From positions 288,001 to 352,000 of the forward strand of contig CAVVLJ010000021.1 in assembly GCA_963749075.1 (NCBI GenBank): a stretch of DNA of 64,000 bases. The letters are read 5' to 3'. This document shows, piece after piece, positions 49,505 to 61,209 of the stretch (positions within the stretch are counted from its first letter, which is position 1; each line of letters starts with the position of its first letter). The DNA is from an uncultured Pseudomonadota bacterium (GTDB taxonomy: Bacteria > Pseudomonadota > Alphaproteobacteria > JACZXZ01). Under the pieces are notes generated by a model. That model saw nothing but the letters and a program-made list of their open reading frames with translations, did no database searches and was not told where the DNA came from. Both the position numbers and the translations under genes were made by a program.

Positions 49505-50353
49505 ATGAAGCCTGACCGCGGCACCCTCCCGCTGCTGCTGCCGGCCTCGGCCGTCTTCCTGGGCCTCTTCTTCCTGCCCATGGCGGGGCTCTTCGTGGAG
49601 AGTTTCCGCCTCTACCTGCCGGGCAGCATCGGCTCCGCGGCCAACGCCCCCTTCACGCTTCTCAATTACGCGGAGCTCTTGACGCCCGCCTTCGCCGACT
49701 TCTTCTTCGAGACGATGCGGATCAGCCTGCTCGCCTCGCTCGCCGGGCTCCTCCTCGCCTTCCCGCTCGCCTATTGGATCACGCGCCGCTTCACCGCGCG
49801 CTGGCGCGCGATCGCCATAGGCTTCCTCGTCACGCTCATGTTCTTGAGCGTGCTGGTGCGCACCTACGCGCTCGAGCTCACCTTCGGCGCCACCGGCCCC
49901 TTGCGGCCATTGCTCCAGTCGCTCGGCATCTCGCTCAACGGCCGCGCCTACATCGAGACGCTCGTCGGCGCCGGCCTCCTCCACTACATCATCCCCATGG
50001 CGACGCTGACCCTCCTGGGCACGGTGCAGAACGTCGATCCCCGCCTCGTCGACGCGGCCGAGGCGCTCGGCGCCCCCGGCTGGAAGGCGCATCTCACCAT
50101 TACGCTGCCGCTCGCGATGCGCGGCCTCCTGGCCGCCTTTCTCTTCGCCTTCACCTTCTCGATCAGCGCCTTCGTCATCCCGATGATTCTCGGCAAGGGT
50201 CGCGTGCTGTTCATCTCGAACCTGGTCTACAACCGCTTCAGCGAGATCGCCGACTATCCCAGCGGGGCGGCCATCTCGATGGTGCTGTTCTTCGTGGCGC
50301 TGGCGATCGTCTACGCGACGTCCCGCCAGGTGAACAAGCGATGGAACGCATGA
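49505..50353 (+). CDS. PotB-like ABC permease
   Basis: LAFPLAYWI, VRTYA, DAAEALGA. Confidence 0.88.
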   Translation: MKPDRGTLPLLLPASAVFLGLFFLPMAGLFVESFRLYLPGSIGSAANAPFTLLNYAELLTPAFADFFFETMRISLLASLAGLLLAFPLAYWITRRFTARWRAIAIGFLVTLMFLSVLVRTYALELTFGATGPLRPLLQSLGISLNGRAYIETLVGAGLLHYIIPMATLTLLGTVQNVDPRLVDAAEALGAPGWKAHLTITLPLAMRGLLAAFLFAFTFSISAFVIPMILGKGRVLFISNLVYNRFSEIADYPSGAAISMVLFFVALAIVYATSRQVNKRWNA

Positions 50354-51174
50354 GCGGCCGGGCGCTCGACGACGGCTTCCGCCTGCTCGGCCTCCTGATG
50401 ATCGGCGCGGTCGTCGCTTTTCTGGTAACGCCCATCCTCGTGACCGCGGTCATGGCGTTCGATGCCCGCCCCTACCTCGGCCCGCTGCCGCCGCCGGCAC
50501 TCTCGCTGCGCTGGTTCGCCAAATTCTTTTCCGACGACTACTTCCTGCGCGGCTTGGCGACGAGTGCCGAGTTGGCCGCGCTCTCCGTCGCGGTGTCGGT
50601 CTCGGTCGGCGTGGCGACGGCCATCGCCGTCGAGCGCGCGAGCTTCCGCGGCAAGGAGGCGCTGGTCTCCTTCTTCCTCTCGCCCCTCATCGTGCCGCCG
50701 GTGGTCACCGGCTTCGCCCTTCTCCTCTTCCTTTCCCAGATGGGCCTCATCAACGGCTTCGCGCGCCTCCTTTGCGGCCACATCATCATCACGGTGCCCT
50801 ATACGATCCGGGCCACGCTCGCCGGCCTCTCCGGCATCGCCCCGTCGCTCAACGAGGCGGCGCAGAGCCTGGGGGCGACGGAGCGCCAGGCGTTTTGGGA
50901 CGTGACCTTTCCCCTCGCGCGCACCGGCATCTTGAGCGGCGCCATCTTCGCCTTTGCCGTCTCCATGGACGACGTGGCGGTCTCGATCATGCTGACCGAC
51001 GCCAACACCTACACGCTCCCGGTCGCCTTGATCAGCAGCATGCGGGCCAATTTCGACCTGAGCATCGCCGCCGCCTCGGTCATGCTGATGCTGTTGACAC
51101 TCGCCTTGATCCTCGCCCTCGAGAAATTCGTTGGCCTCAACCGGGCCATCGGCCAGGGGGTCTTCCGCTCATGA
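50350..51174 (+). CDS. PotC-like ABC permease
   Basis: SLRWF, PLIVPPVV, EAAQSLGA. Confidence 0.88.
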   Translation: MSGRALDDGFRLLGLLMIGAVVAFLVTPILVTAVMAFDARPYLGPLPPPALSLRWFAKFFSDDYFLRGLATSAELAALSVAVSVSVGVATAIAVERASFRGKEALVSFFLSPLIVPPVVTGFALLLFLSQMGLINGFARLLCGHIIITVPYTIRATLAGLSGIAPSLNEAAQSLGATERQAFWDVTFPLARTGILSGAIFAFAVSMDDVAVSIMLTDANTYTLPVALISSMRANFDLSIAAASVMLMLLTLALILALEKFVGLNRAIGQGVFRS

Positions 51175-52283
51175 CGGAGCCCGTGCAACCGCCTCTCGAG
51201 ACCGTCATCGAGTTCCGCGGCGTGAGCAAGCGCTTCGGCCAGGCCGTGGCGGTCGATCGCGTGAGCTTTGCCGTCGGCGCCGGCGAGACGGTCTCGCTCC
51301 TCGGACCCAGCGGCTGCGGCAAGACGACGACGCTGCGCCTGATCTCCGGCTTCGAGGAGCCGGACGAGGGCGTCATCGAGATCGCCGGCGACTCCATGGT
51401 CGGCAAGCGTCCCTACGAGCGCAACGTGGGGCTGCTCTTCCAGCACTACGCGCTCTTTCCCCACATGACCGTGGCCGAGAACATCGCCTATGGGCTGAAG
51501 CACCGCCGCTGGCCCAAGGCGGAGATCGGCAACCGCGTCGGCGAGATGCTGCGCCTCGTGCAATTGCAGGGCTTCGACGAGCGGCGGCCCGGCCAGCTGA
51601 GCGGCGGCCAGCAGCAGCGCGTGGCGCTCGCCCGGGTGCTTGCCACCCGGCCCAAGCTCGTGCTGCTCGACGAGCCGCTCTCGGCGCTCGACGCCAAGCT
51701 GCGCGAGGAGCTGCGCGTCGAGCTGAAGCAGATACTCGCCGCCGTCGGCTCGACGACGATCGTCGTCACCCATGACCAGGACGAGGCGATGAGCCTGGCC
51801 GACCGCATCATCGTGATGAACCGCGGCCGCATCGAGCAGCAGGGCACGCCCGACGAGATCTACGCGCAGCCCCAGACCCCTTTCGTGGCCGCCTTCATCG
51901 GCCGCGCCAACTGGTTCCACGGCCGCATCGCGGGTGCCGCCGGCGAGGGATTATGCCGGCTCGCCACCGCTGCCGGCACGCTGCTCGCGATCCCCGATCC
52001 CGGTGCTGCCGCCGGGGAGAGCTGGAGCGCCTGCGTCCGGCCTGAGCGCGTCGTCGTGGCAGCACCCGGCGCCGCCGCCGGCCCCGGCGGCAACCGGCTC
52101 GCCGGCCAGGTGGTCGATGTCGTCAATATGGGTGCGGCACTCCATTACATCGTCGAGGGTGCGGAGGGCCGCCTCATGGCCATCGAGCCGAACCGCGCCG
52201 GGCCGCGGGTGCGGCGGGGCGACCGCGTCGAGCTCCTGTTCCGCGCCGAGGATTGCGTGGTGTTGCCGCGAAAGGCCGATTGA
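51171..52283 (+). CDS. PotA-like ABC ATP-binding protein
   Basis: GPSGCGKTT, LSGGQQQR, TOBE C-terminus. Confidence 0.9.
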   Translation: MTEPVQPPLETVIEFRGVSKRFGQAVAVDRVSFAVGAGETVSLLGPSGCGKTTTLRLISGFEEPDEGVIEIAGDSMVGKRPYERNVGLLFQHYALFPHMTVAENIAYGLKHRRWPKAEIGNRVGEMLRLVQLQGFDERRPGQLSGGQQQRVALARVLATRPKLVLLDEPLSALDAKLREELRVELKQILAAVGSTTIVVTHDQDEAMSLADRIIVMNRGRIEQQGTPDEIYAQPQTPFVAAFIGRANWFHGRIAGAAGEGLCRLATAAGTLLAIPDPGAAAGESWSACVRPERVVVAAPGAAAGPGGNRLAGQVVDVVNMGAALHYIVEGAEGRLMAIEPNRAGPRVRRGDRVELLFRAEDCVVLPRKAD

Positions 52284-52457
52284 GCCGCTGAGCTGCCGTG
52301 GGGGGTGGCCGGGCGAGCCTTGCCCCCTGCGCGGCTCAGCCATGGTTGCCGAAGGGGTTCACCCTCCCCATCTTTCATGGAACAATCGCGGTCCGAATCC
52401 TGCCGCAAGGCTCGGCCACTCCGCGCGAGCCGCCTGCATTGGCCACAAGAGGGGCTC

Positions 52458-53555
52458 GTGACGCCCGCTGTCGCTGCTGCCAAACCGCGCCCTCCGGCGC
52501 AGCAAACCATGCGCACGGCGCTCGCGGCCTGCCGGGCTCAGACCCTCGCGCGCGTGGCCGGGCTCGACGACGCCGCCTTGCGCGCCCAGCCCGATCCCGA
52601 GTTCAGCCCGCTCGGCTGGCATCTCGGCCACATCGCCTATACGGAGGCCCTGTGGCTGGCGCCCGGCGCCGATCCCCATCCCGAATGGCAGACGCTCTTC
52701 CGCCAGGACGGCTTGCCCAAGGCGGCGCGCCGCCGGCTGCCGCCGCGCGCAGCGCTCGAGGCCTATCTTGCTGCGGTGCGGGAGCTCGTGCTGGCGCGTC
52801 TGGAGACCGAGCCCGACGGCGGCAGCCTGCGGCTCTGGCGCTTCGTCCTCCAGCACGAGGCCCAGCATGCCGAGACCATCGCCGTGGTGCGGCGTTTGGC
52901 CGGCCTCGACGAGCGGGCGGCGCCCTCTCTCGCGGCGGCCGGCGACGAGACGCTTCTCGAGATTCCGGCCGGGAGCTTCCACCAGGGCTCCGACGGAGCC
53001 GAGGCGCTCGACAACGAGGGGCCCGCCCATGAGGTGGCGCTGGCGGGGTTCGGTATCTCGCGGCGGCCCGTGAGCGAGCGGCAGTACGGCCGTTTCATGG
53101 CGGCGGGCGGCTATGGCGACGCCCGCTTCTGGTCGAAGGAGGGCTGGGCCTGGCGCTGCGCCGGCGGTTTCGAGCGTCCGCGCCATTGGCAGGGCGGTGC
53201 GGGGACGCTGCCAGTCCACGGCATCAGCGCCTACGAGGCCGAGGCCTGGTGCCGCTTTTCGGACGTGCGCCTGCCGAGCGAGGCCGAATGGGAGCGCGCA
53301 GCCCGGCTCCATCCCGAGTGCGGCTTCCTCGGCGAGGTGTGGCAATGGACGGCGACCGTCTTCGCACCTTACGCGGGCTTCGCGGCCTTCCCCTACGAGG
53401 GCTATTCCGCCGCCTATTTCGACGGGAGGCACCGCCTCCTCAAGGGTGGCAGCTGGGCGGCGCTGGCGCCCGTGCTGCGCGCCAGCTTCCGCAACTGGTA
53501 TCCGCCCGGGACACGACAGATTTTCGCAGGATTCCGCCATGCCGCCACGCTCTGA
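52458..53555 (+). CDS. egtB: ergothioneine sulfoxide synthase (DinB + FGE domains)
   Basis: SPLGWHLGH, QHEAQHAE iron motif, RLPSEAEWE, PYEGYS, FAGFR; start 52458 or 52509. Confidence 0.85.
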   Translation: MTPAVAAAKPRPPAQQTMRTALAACRAQTLARVAGLDDAALRAQPDPEFSPLGWHLGHIAYTEALWLAPGADPHPEWQTLFRQDGLPKAARRRLPPRAALEAYLAAVRELVLARLETEPDGGSLRLWRFVLQHEAQHAETIAVVRRLAGLDERAAPSLAAAGDETLLEIPAGSFHQGSDGAEALDNEGPAHEVALAGFGISRRPVSERQYGRFMAAGGYGDARFWSKEGWAWRCAGGFERPRHWQGGAGTLPVHGISAYEAEAWCRFSDVRLPSEAEWERAARLHPECGFLGEVWQWTATVFAPYAGFAAFPYEGYSAAYFDGRHRLLKGGSWAALAPVLRASFRNWYPPGTRQIFAGFRHAATL

Positions 53556-54573
53556 GCCGCTTCCCCTCGCCCCCTACGCGCGCTCGCGCGAGCGCCTCGC
53601 CTGGACCGTGCTGGCGCCCGAGGGCGACGCCGCGGCCGACGGCGTCGAGATCCGCCGCGGCCTTGCCGCCTCACCCAAGCGCCTGCCCTGCCGCTTCTTC
53701 TACGACGAGCTCGGCTCGCAGCTCTTCGAGCGCATCTGCCGCCTGCCGGAGTATTATCTCACGCGCACCGAGAACGCGCTTCTGGCAAGGGTGGCGCGCG
53801 ACATCGCGTCGCGCACCGGCCCTTGCGAGCTCGTCGAGCTCGGCAGCGGCAGCTCGCTCAAGACGCAGCATCTCCTCGACGCCTATGCAACGCTCGGCTC
53901 GACACTCCGCTACGCCGCCATCGACGTGAGCCCGACAAGCCTCGAGCACGGCGCCGCCCAGCTCCTCGCGCGCTATGGCGGCCTTGCGGTCCATGCCATC
54001 GTCGGCACCTACGAGTCCGGACTTGCCGCCCTTGCCGGCGTGCGCGCGGCCGAGGTGCCCTTGCCCCGCCTCCTCGTCTTCCTCGGCAGCACGATCGGCA
54101 ACCTCACGGAGGCGGAGACCCGGCAGTTCCTCGGCAATGCGCGCGCCGCCCTCACCCCCGGCGACTGGCTCCTCGTGGGCACCGACCTCGAGAAGGAGAC
54201 AGCGCTCATCGAGGCCGCCTACAACGACAAAGAGGGCGTCACCGCGGCCTTCAACCTCAACATCCTGCGCCACGTCAACCGCCGCTTCCGCGCCGATTTC
54301 GCCCTCGACCGCTTCGCCCACCGCGCCTTCTACAATCGCGAGGCGCGGCAGATCGAGATGCACCTGGTCAGCCTGGCCGAGCAGGAGGTGCGCATCGCAG
54401 CACTCGGCCTCTCGGTGCGGCTGAGCTACGGCGAGACCATCGAAACGGAGATCTCGCGCAAGTTCGAGCTCGCCTCGTTCGCCCGCGTGCTCGAGACTTG
54501 CGGCTTCGCGGCGGTGGCGGCGCCGACGGACGAGCGCCGCTGGTTCGGCCTCACGCTGGCGCGGGCGGTCTGA
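53539..54573 (+). CDS. egtD: L-histidine N-alpha-trimethyltransferase
   Basis: FFYDELGSQLFE..LPEYYLTRTE, ELGSGSS, AYND..GVTAAFNLN, TEISRKF. Confidence 0.92.
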   Translation: MPPRSEPLPLAPYARSRERLAWTVLAPEGDAAADGVEIRRGLAASPKRLPCRFFYDELGSQLFERICRLPEYYLTRTENALLARVARDIASRTGPCELVELGSGSSLKTQHLLDAYATLGSTLRYAAIDVSPTSLEHGAAQLLARYGGLAVHAIVGTYESGLAALAGVRAAEVPLPRLLVFLGSTIGNLTEAETRQFLGNARAALTPGDWLLVGTDLEKETALIEAAYNDKEGVTAAFNLNILRHVNRRFRADFALDRFAHRAFYNREARQIEMHLVSLAEQEVRIAALGLSVRLSYGETIETEISRKFELASFARVLETCGFAAVAAPTDERRWFGLTLARAV

Positions 54574-54591
54574 GAGGGATATCCCGGTTTT

Positions 54592-54678
54592 CGTCATGCC
54601 CGCGAAAGCGGGCATCCAGTCCTCACGACAACGTCCGTCGTTCGCAATCTCTGGACACCCGCTTTCGCGGGTGTGACG
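54592..54678. repeat. uninterrupted CGTC-type REP doublet
   Basis: cgtcatgcccgcgaaagcgggcatcca and tggacacccgctttcgcgggtgtgacg. Confidence 0.88.
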
Positions 54679-54737
54679 ATGATGGGAAAGGGCGCGCGGC
54701 ACTCGGCGCGTTCCAAGAAGACCAATGGGAGGAGAAA

Positions 54738-55493
54738 ATGCGCCTCAAGGATAAGGTCGCCATCGTGACCGGGGCGGGCTCGGGCTTCGGCGAGGGCATC
54801 GCGCGCCGCTTCGCCGCCGAAGGTGCGATGGTGGTGGTTGCCGACATCAACGACCAGACCGGCCGCCGAGTGGCGGACGCGATCGCGCAAGCGGGCGGCG
54901 AGGCGGACTACGTCCATGCCGACGTGTCGGTGGGGCGCGAGGTGGCGGCACTTGCGGCGGCGGCAGCCGAGCGCTTCGGCGGTCTCGACATCGTGGTCAA
55001 CAATGCCGGCATGCCGCAGCGGAACGGCCCCATGCTCGGCGTCGACGAGGCGACCTTCGACCGCATCTTCGCCGTCAACGTGAAGAGCATCTATCTCTCG
55101 GCCCTCCACACCGTGCCGGCGCTGGTACGCCGCGGCGGCGGCGTCATCATCAATACGGCCTCGACCGCGGGCCTCAGGCCCCGTCCGGGCCTCGTCTGGT
55201 ACAACGGCAGCAAGGGCGCGGTCATCAGCCTCACCAAGGCGATGGCCATCGAGCTGGCACCGCAGAAGATCCGCGTCAACGCCCTCTGCCCGGTCGCCGG
55301 CGACACCCCCATGCTCGCCCAATTCATGGGCGGCGACACGCCAGAGAACCGCGCGCGCTTCATCGCCTCGGTGCCGCTCGGCCGCCTCAGCACGCCGGCC
55401 GACCTCGCCAACGCCGCCCTCTACCTCGCCTCGGACGAGGGCGCCTTCCTGACTGGCGTGGCGCTCGAGATCGACGGCGGGCGCTGCATCTGA
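54738..55493 (+). CDS. short-chain dehydrogenase/reductase
   Basis: TGAGSGFG, NNAG, YNGSK. Confidence 0.92.
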   Translation: MRLKDKVAIVTGAGSGFGEGIARRFAAEGAMVVVADINDQTGRRVADAIAQAGGEADYVHADVSVGREVAALAAAAAERFGGLDIVVNNAGMPQRNGPMLGVDEATFDRIFAVNVKSIYLSALHTVPALVRRGGGVIINTASTAGLRPRPGLVWYNGSKGAVISLTKAMAIELAPQKIRVNALCPVAGDTPMLAQFMGGDTPENRARFIASVPLGRLSTPADLANAALYLASDEGAFLTGVALEIDGGRCI

Positions 55494-55529
55494 GCGCTGC
55501 CGCCGGCCGCTCCGGGGCGCCCGAACGCC

Positions 55530-55560
55530 AACGGCCCGGACCTTGCGGTCCGGGCCGTTT
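55530..55560. terminator. probable intrinsic terminator between convergent genes
   Basis: aacggcccggacc-ttgc-ggtccgggccgttt hairpin. Confidence 0.7.
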
Positions 55561-55584
55561 GCCGTGAGCGACGCCGGCCGCAGC

Positions 55585-56298
55585 CTAATTGCGTCTGCCG
55601 AAGAGCTGCAGCAGGAAGAGGAAGAGGTTGAGGAAGTCGAGGTAGAGGCGGAGCGCCCCCATGACCGACTTGCGCGTCGCGGTGCTCGCGTCGTCGCTCG
55701 CGGTATAGAGTTCCTTGATCGACTGGGTGTCGTAGGCGGTGAGCCCCGCGAACACCAGCACGCCGATCACCGAGATGGCGAACTGCAGCCCCGTGCTGTG
55801 GAGGAACATGTTGACGATCATCGCGAGGAAGACGCCGATGACCCCGACGATGAGGAACGAGGCATAGGCCGAGAGGTCGCGCCGCGTGGTGTAGCCGTAG
55901 AGGCTGAGCCCGGCGAAGGAGCCCGCGGTGATGAAGAACACCTCCGCGATGCTGGCACTCGTATAGATCACGAAGATCGCCGCGAGCGACAGCCCCATGA
56001 GCCCGGCGTAGAACCAGAAGAGGGCCTGGGCGGTCGAGGCCTGCATGCGCGTGATGCGGGCACTCAGGAAGAACACCAGCCCGAGCGGGGCGAAGATCAC
56101 CAGCCAATAGAGCGGCGTGCCGAAGATCGCGTGCATGGCCGCCGGCGATTGGGACACCAGATAGGCGACGATGCCCGTGAGCGCCAGGCCCGAGGCCATG
56201 TAATTGTAGACGCGGAGCATGTAGCTCCGTAGACCCTCGTCGATCTCCGCGCGGTCGACCGTCCGCGGAATGACGCGGCCCTGCTCGCGAATATCCAT
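55585..56298 (-). CDS. Bax inhibitor-1/YccA family membrane protein
   Basis: DEGLRSYMLRVYNYM, YGYTTRRDLS, ALRLYLDFLNLF. Confidence 0.92.
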   Translation of the reverse strand: MDIREQGRVIPRTVDRAEIDEGLRSYMLRVYNYMASGLALTGIVAYLVSQSPAAMHAIFGTPLYWLVIFAPLGLVFFLSARITRMQASTAQALFWFYAGLMGLSLAAIFVIYTSASIAEVFFITAGSFAGLSLYGYTTRRDLSAYASFLIVGVIGVFLAMIVNMFLHSTGLQFAISVIGVLVFAGLTAYDTQSIKELYTASDDASTATRKSVMGALRLYLDFLNLFLFLLQLFGRRN

Positions 56299-56438
56299 GG
56301 TCAAACCCTCGTTCGAAATGGCTCTGGGTACACTCCCAGCACGCTATTTTGGGCGTCCGCCCGAGGAAATCAACTCCCTTCTTTCGAGAATCGTTACAGA
56401 TCAGTGACTTGCCGCGAGAGCGCCGGAAAGCGGACCGC

Positions 56439-58996
56439 TCACTCGTTGCGCAGGTAGGGTGCCGGGCGCTCGCCGAGGGCGCGCCAGGTGCCGGCGAAGC
56501 CGAGGACGAGGGCGAGCAGCGTCGCGGCGAGGGCCGTGCCGGCGACGGTGCCGGGAAGAAAGCTCCAGGCGGCCCCCATGATGCGCGTGACCACGAGATA
56601 GCCGGCGAGCGTGCCGAGCGCTGCCGCAAGTGCCGCCGCCGCGGCGCCAAGCGTGCCGTACTCGATGAGGAAGGTGGCGAGGAGCCTCGTCCGCGTGGCG
56701 CCCAGCACCTTGAGCACGACGGCGTCGTAGGTGCGGCGCTCGCGCTCGGCGGCGAGTGCCCCCGCCAGCACCAGCGTGCCGACGAGGAGCGTGAAGAGTG
56801 CCGTGAGCCGCACGGCGGCGGCGAGGTTGCCGAGCGTCGCCGCCACCGTATCGAGCGCGTCCTTGACGCGGATGGCGCTCACGTTGGCGAAGCGGTCGGT
56901 GACGGCGCGGACGAGCGCCTCCTCCGCCGCGGGCACGGCCTTCACCGTCGCGATGAAGGTCTGGGGCGCGCCGTTGAGCAGGCCCGGCGAGAACACCATG
57001 AAGAAGTTGATGGCGAGGCTGGACCAGTCGATCTCGCGCAAGTTGGCGATGCGCGCCGTCACCTCGCGGCCCAGCACGTTGACCGCGAGCGTGTCGCCGA
57101 GCTTGAGCCCGAAATCCTTCGCCACCTCGGCATCGAGCGAGACGAGCGGCAGGCCGGCATAGCCGGCCGGCCACCAGCTCCCCGCCACGATGCGCGTGCC
57201 TGGCGGCGGGCTTGCCGCATAGGTGAGGCCGCGGTCGCTCTCCAGCACCCAGGCCGAGCGCTGGTCGATGCGAGCGCGCTCGGGGGCGACGCCGTTCAAT
57301 GCGGTGATGCGGCCGCGCAGGCTCGGCACCTGCTCGAGGCCGCTCGTTCCCGCGACCCCGCGCACGGCATCGTCGAAGCCCTTGAGCTGGTCGGGCTGGA
57401 TGTCGATGAAGAAGTAGCTCGGGGCATTTTTGGGCAGCGTCTCGCTCACCTCGCGCGCGATGTTGCCCTCGACGAGGCCGACGGCGATGAAGAGCGTGAG
57501 GCCGAGGCCGAGCGCCAGCACGACGCTCGCCGTAGGCGCTGCGGGGCGGTGCAGATTGGCGAGCGCCAGGCGCAGGCTCGGCCGCTTGCGCACCACGGGC
57601 GGCAAGCGGCCGACGGCGCGCGCCAGCGCCGCGATCAGCCAGCCCGCCAGGCGGAAGGCGGCAAGCGTCAGTGCCGCTCCGGCCACGAACCACAGCGCCA
57701 TGCTCTTCTCTCCAGCGGAGAGGATGGCGAGTGCGGCGAGCGCGCTCGCCGCGAGGAGCACCGCGAGCGCGTCGGCGCGCCGCGGCCAGCGCCGGAGCGG
57801 CGCCACCAGCTTGCGGAAGAGATGCGCCGCCGGCACGTCGCGCGCCACGGCGAGCGGCCAGAGGGTGAAGGCGAGCGTGGTGAGGAGGCCGTAGGCCGCG
57901 GCGAGGAGGAGCGGGCCGGGATAGAGCCCGAGGCGCAGCTCGACCGGGAGGAGCGGGGCGAGCGCGCCCCTCAAGAGGGCGGGTGCCAAGGCGCCGAGCG
58001 CCAGCCCGCCCGCGATGCCGGCGAGCGCCAAGGCGAGCGTCTCGGCGAGATAGATCTGGAAGACGAGACGCCCCGGTGCGCCGAGGCATTTGAGGATGGC
58101 AATGGTGTCGGCGCTGCCGTCGAGATAGGCCTTGACCGCATTGGCCACGCCGAGGCCGCCCACGAGGAGTGCGGTGAGCCCGACGAGGGTGAGATAGAGG
58201 GCGATGCGGTCGAGGAACTGCTCGAGGCGCGGCGTCGCGTCGTAGAGGCTGCGCGCGCGCCAGCCCGCGTCGGGGAACTGCCGTGCGAGCCCGGCGAGCC
58301 AGCTCCGCGCGCCGCGCCCCGGCGGCAGCTTGAGGCGGTAGTTGTAATAGACGATGCTGCCGGGCTGGACGAGCCCGGTAGCATCCAGGCCTGCGCGCGA
58401 GATCATGAGGCGCGGGCCCAGGATGAAGACGGCGACGCCGCGGTCGGGCTCGTGCAGAATCGCGGCACGCAGCTCGAAGGTCGCTTGGCCCAGCTTGATG
58501 CGCTCGCCGAGCTTGAGCCCGAGCCTCTGCAGCACGTCGGCGTCGGCCACGGCGCCGAAGACGCCACCGCGCTCGGCGAAGGCCGCCTCTGGCGCGAGCG
58601 ACGGGCCGAGGGCAAGGGTGCCATAGAGCGGGTAGCGCCCGTCGACCGCCTTGAGCTCGACGAGGAGGCGCTTGCCGGTACCCTCGCCCTCCGCGGCGGC
58701 GCGCGTCATGGCGCGCAGATTGGCGCTCCACGAGACGGTACCCGCCGCAGCAAATGCGCCGTATTCCGCCGTGCTCGCCTCGCGGTGGGTGAGCGTCAAG
58801 GCGGCATCGCCGCCGAGGAGCGCCCGCGCATCGCCCTTGAGCGCCGCGTCGACCGAGGCCGAGAGCGAGCCCACCGCGGCGATCGCCCCTACGCCGAGCG
58901 CCAAGGAGGCGAGAAAGACCCAGAACCCCCGCGGGCCCCGGCGAAGCTCGCGCCGTGCCAGGCGGCAGGCGAGTGCGAGGCCCGCGGCCTTGCCGC

Positions 58997-59000
<4 letters not shown>
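56439..59000 (-). CDS. YbbP-like ABC transporter permease (double FtsX)
   Basis: LARRELR, LLGGD, FFIDIQPDQ, ends LRNE. Confidence 0.9.
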
Positions 59001-59738
<738 letters not shown>

Positions 59739-59740
<2 letters not shown>

Positions 59741-60467
59741 GCTGGGCTTGGCGCTCTGGGCCAGGGGCGGGAAGAGGTGCGGCGCGCGCGAAGGCGGCGC
59801 TCGCCCGAAGGACGCTCCCGGCGGATATGTACCTCTGCGCGCGCTTTTCAACCTGCTCGGCGCCGCCGCCATCCTCGCTGCGGCCATTGTCGCGGCACTG
59901 CCGGCCGCAGGCAAGGAGCCCGTGCGCATCCTCATGCTGGGCGACAGCATCACCGCGGGCTACGGCCTGCCCGAGGCGGAGAGCCTGCCGGTGGTCCTCG
60001 AGGCGGCACTGCGCAAGGCGGGCTACGACGTGAGGGTGACGAACGGCGGCGTCTCGGGCGACACCACGGCGGGCGGCCTCGCGCGGCTCGACTGGATGCT
60101 CGCGAGCAAGCCCCAGCTCGTCATCGTCGAGCTCGGCGCCAACGACGCCTTGCGCGCGCTGCCGCCCGCGGAGAGCTACGCCAACCTCGACAAGATCCTC
60201 TCGACGCTCGACGGCGCCGGGCTCAAGGTGCTGCTCGCCGGCATGCTCGCCCCGCCCAATCTCGGGAGCGAGTACGGGCACGCCTTCGCCGCCATCTACC
60301 CCGCACTCGCCAAGAAGCACGGCTGCCTTCTCTATCCCTTCCTCCTCGACGGCGTGGCCGCAGAGCCGGCGCTCACGCAAGCCGACGGCCTGCATCCCAA
60401 CGCCAACGGCGTTGTAGTCATCGCGGCCCGCCTGGCACCCTATGTGGAGCGGCTCCTGAAGCTTTGA
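59739..60467 (+). CDS. tesA: arylesterase / acyl-CoA thioesterase I (SGNH)
   Basis: GDSITAG, SGDTT, GANDA, DGLHPN; divergent from the ybbA-like gene; start uncertain. Confidence 0.85.
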
Positions 60468-60481
60468 CGGGATTCCGAGCG

Positions 60482-61124
60482 ATGAGCGAACCCACCCGGT
60501 CGTACGATGCCGAGGAGCTGCGGCGCATCTCGGAAGCGACGATCGCCTTTTACGACCGCTCGGCCGAGGCATACTGGGACGGCACCCGGGACCACGACGT
60601 CGGGCAGAACTACGCGGCACTCCTCGGTGCGATCGAAGGGGAGCCTCCCTTTGCCATCCTCGATCTCGGCTGCGGGCCCGGCCGGGACCTACGCTACTTC
60701 CGCTCGTTGGGCCACGACGCCGTGGGCCTGGACGGAGCGAAAGAGTTCGTTGCCATGGCGCGCGCCTATTCGAGTTGCGAGGTTCTCCACCAGAACTTCC
60801 TCGCCATGGACCTGCCGCAGAGCCGCTTCGACGGCATCTTTGCCAACGCTTCGCTATTCCACGTGCCGAGCCGGGAGTTGCCGCGGGTTTTGGCCGAGCT
60901 CCGCGCAACCTTGAAGCCGCGGGGCGTGCTTTTCTCCTCGAACCCACGAGGGAGCAACGAGGAAGGCTTGAGCGGCGGCCGCTATGGCTGCTTCCTCGCT
61001 CACGACGTTCTGGCGCAATTACGTCAGCGCCGCCGGCTTCTTAGAAGTGAGCCACTACTACCGCCCGCCCGGCCTGCCGCGCGAGAAGCAGCCCTGGCTC
61101 GCGACCGTTTGGCGCAAGGCTTAG
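60482..61124 (+). CDS. class I SAM-dependent methyltransferase, +1 frameshift at about 61008
   Basis: LDLGCGPGRD; C-terminus WRNYVSAAGF...YYRPPGLPREKQPWLATVWRKA lies in the next frame. Confidence 0.8.
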
Positions 61125-61209
61125 CGGTTGCTGCGCGCGGGGCAAGGGGCAAGTCCGAGATCTTTGAGAGCGTGACTCGAAATGACTCGGTAATTTTCAA
61201 TGAGCCATT

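Noticed and set aside
52458-53555. Selenoneine synthase SenA or ovothiol synthase OvoA
   Set aside because: No senB/selD neighbours and no fused methyltransferase; paired with egtD
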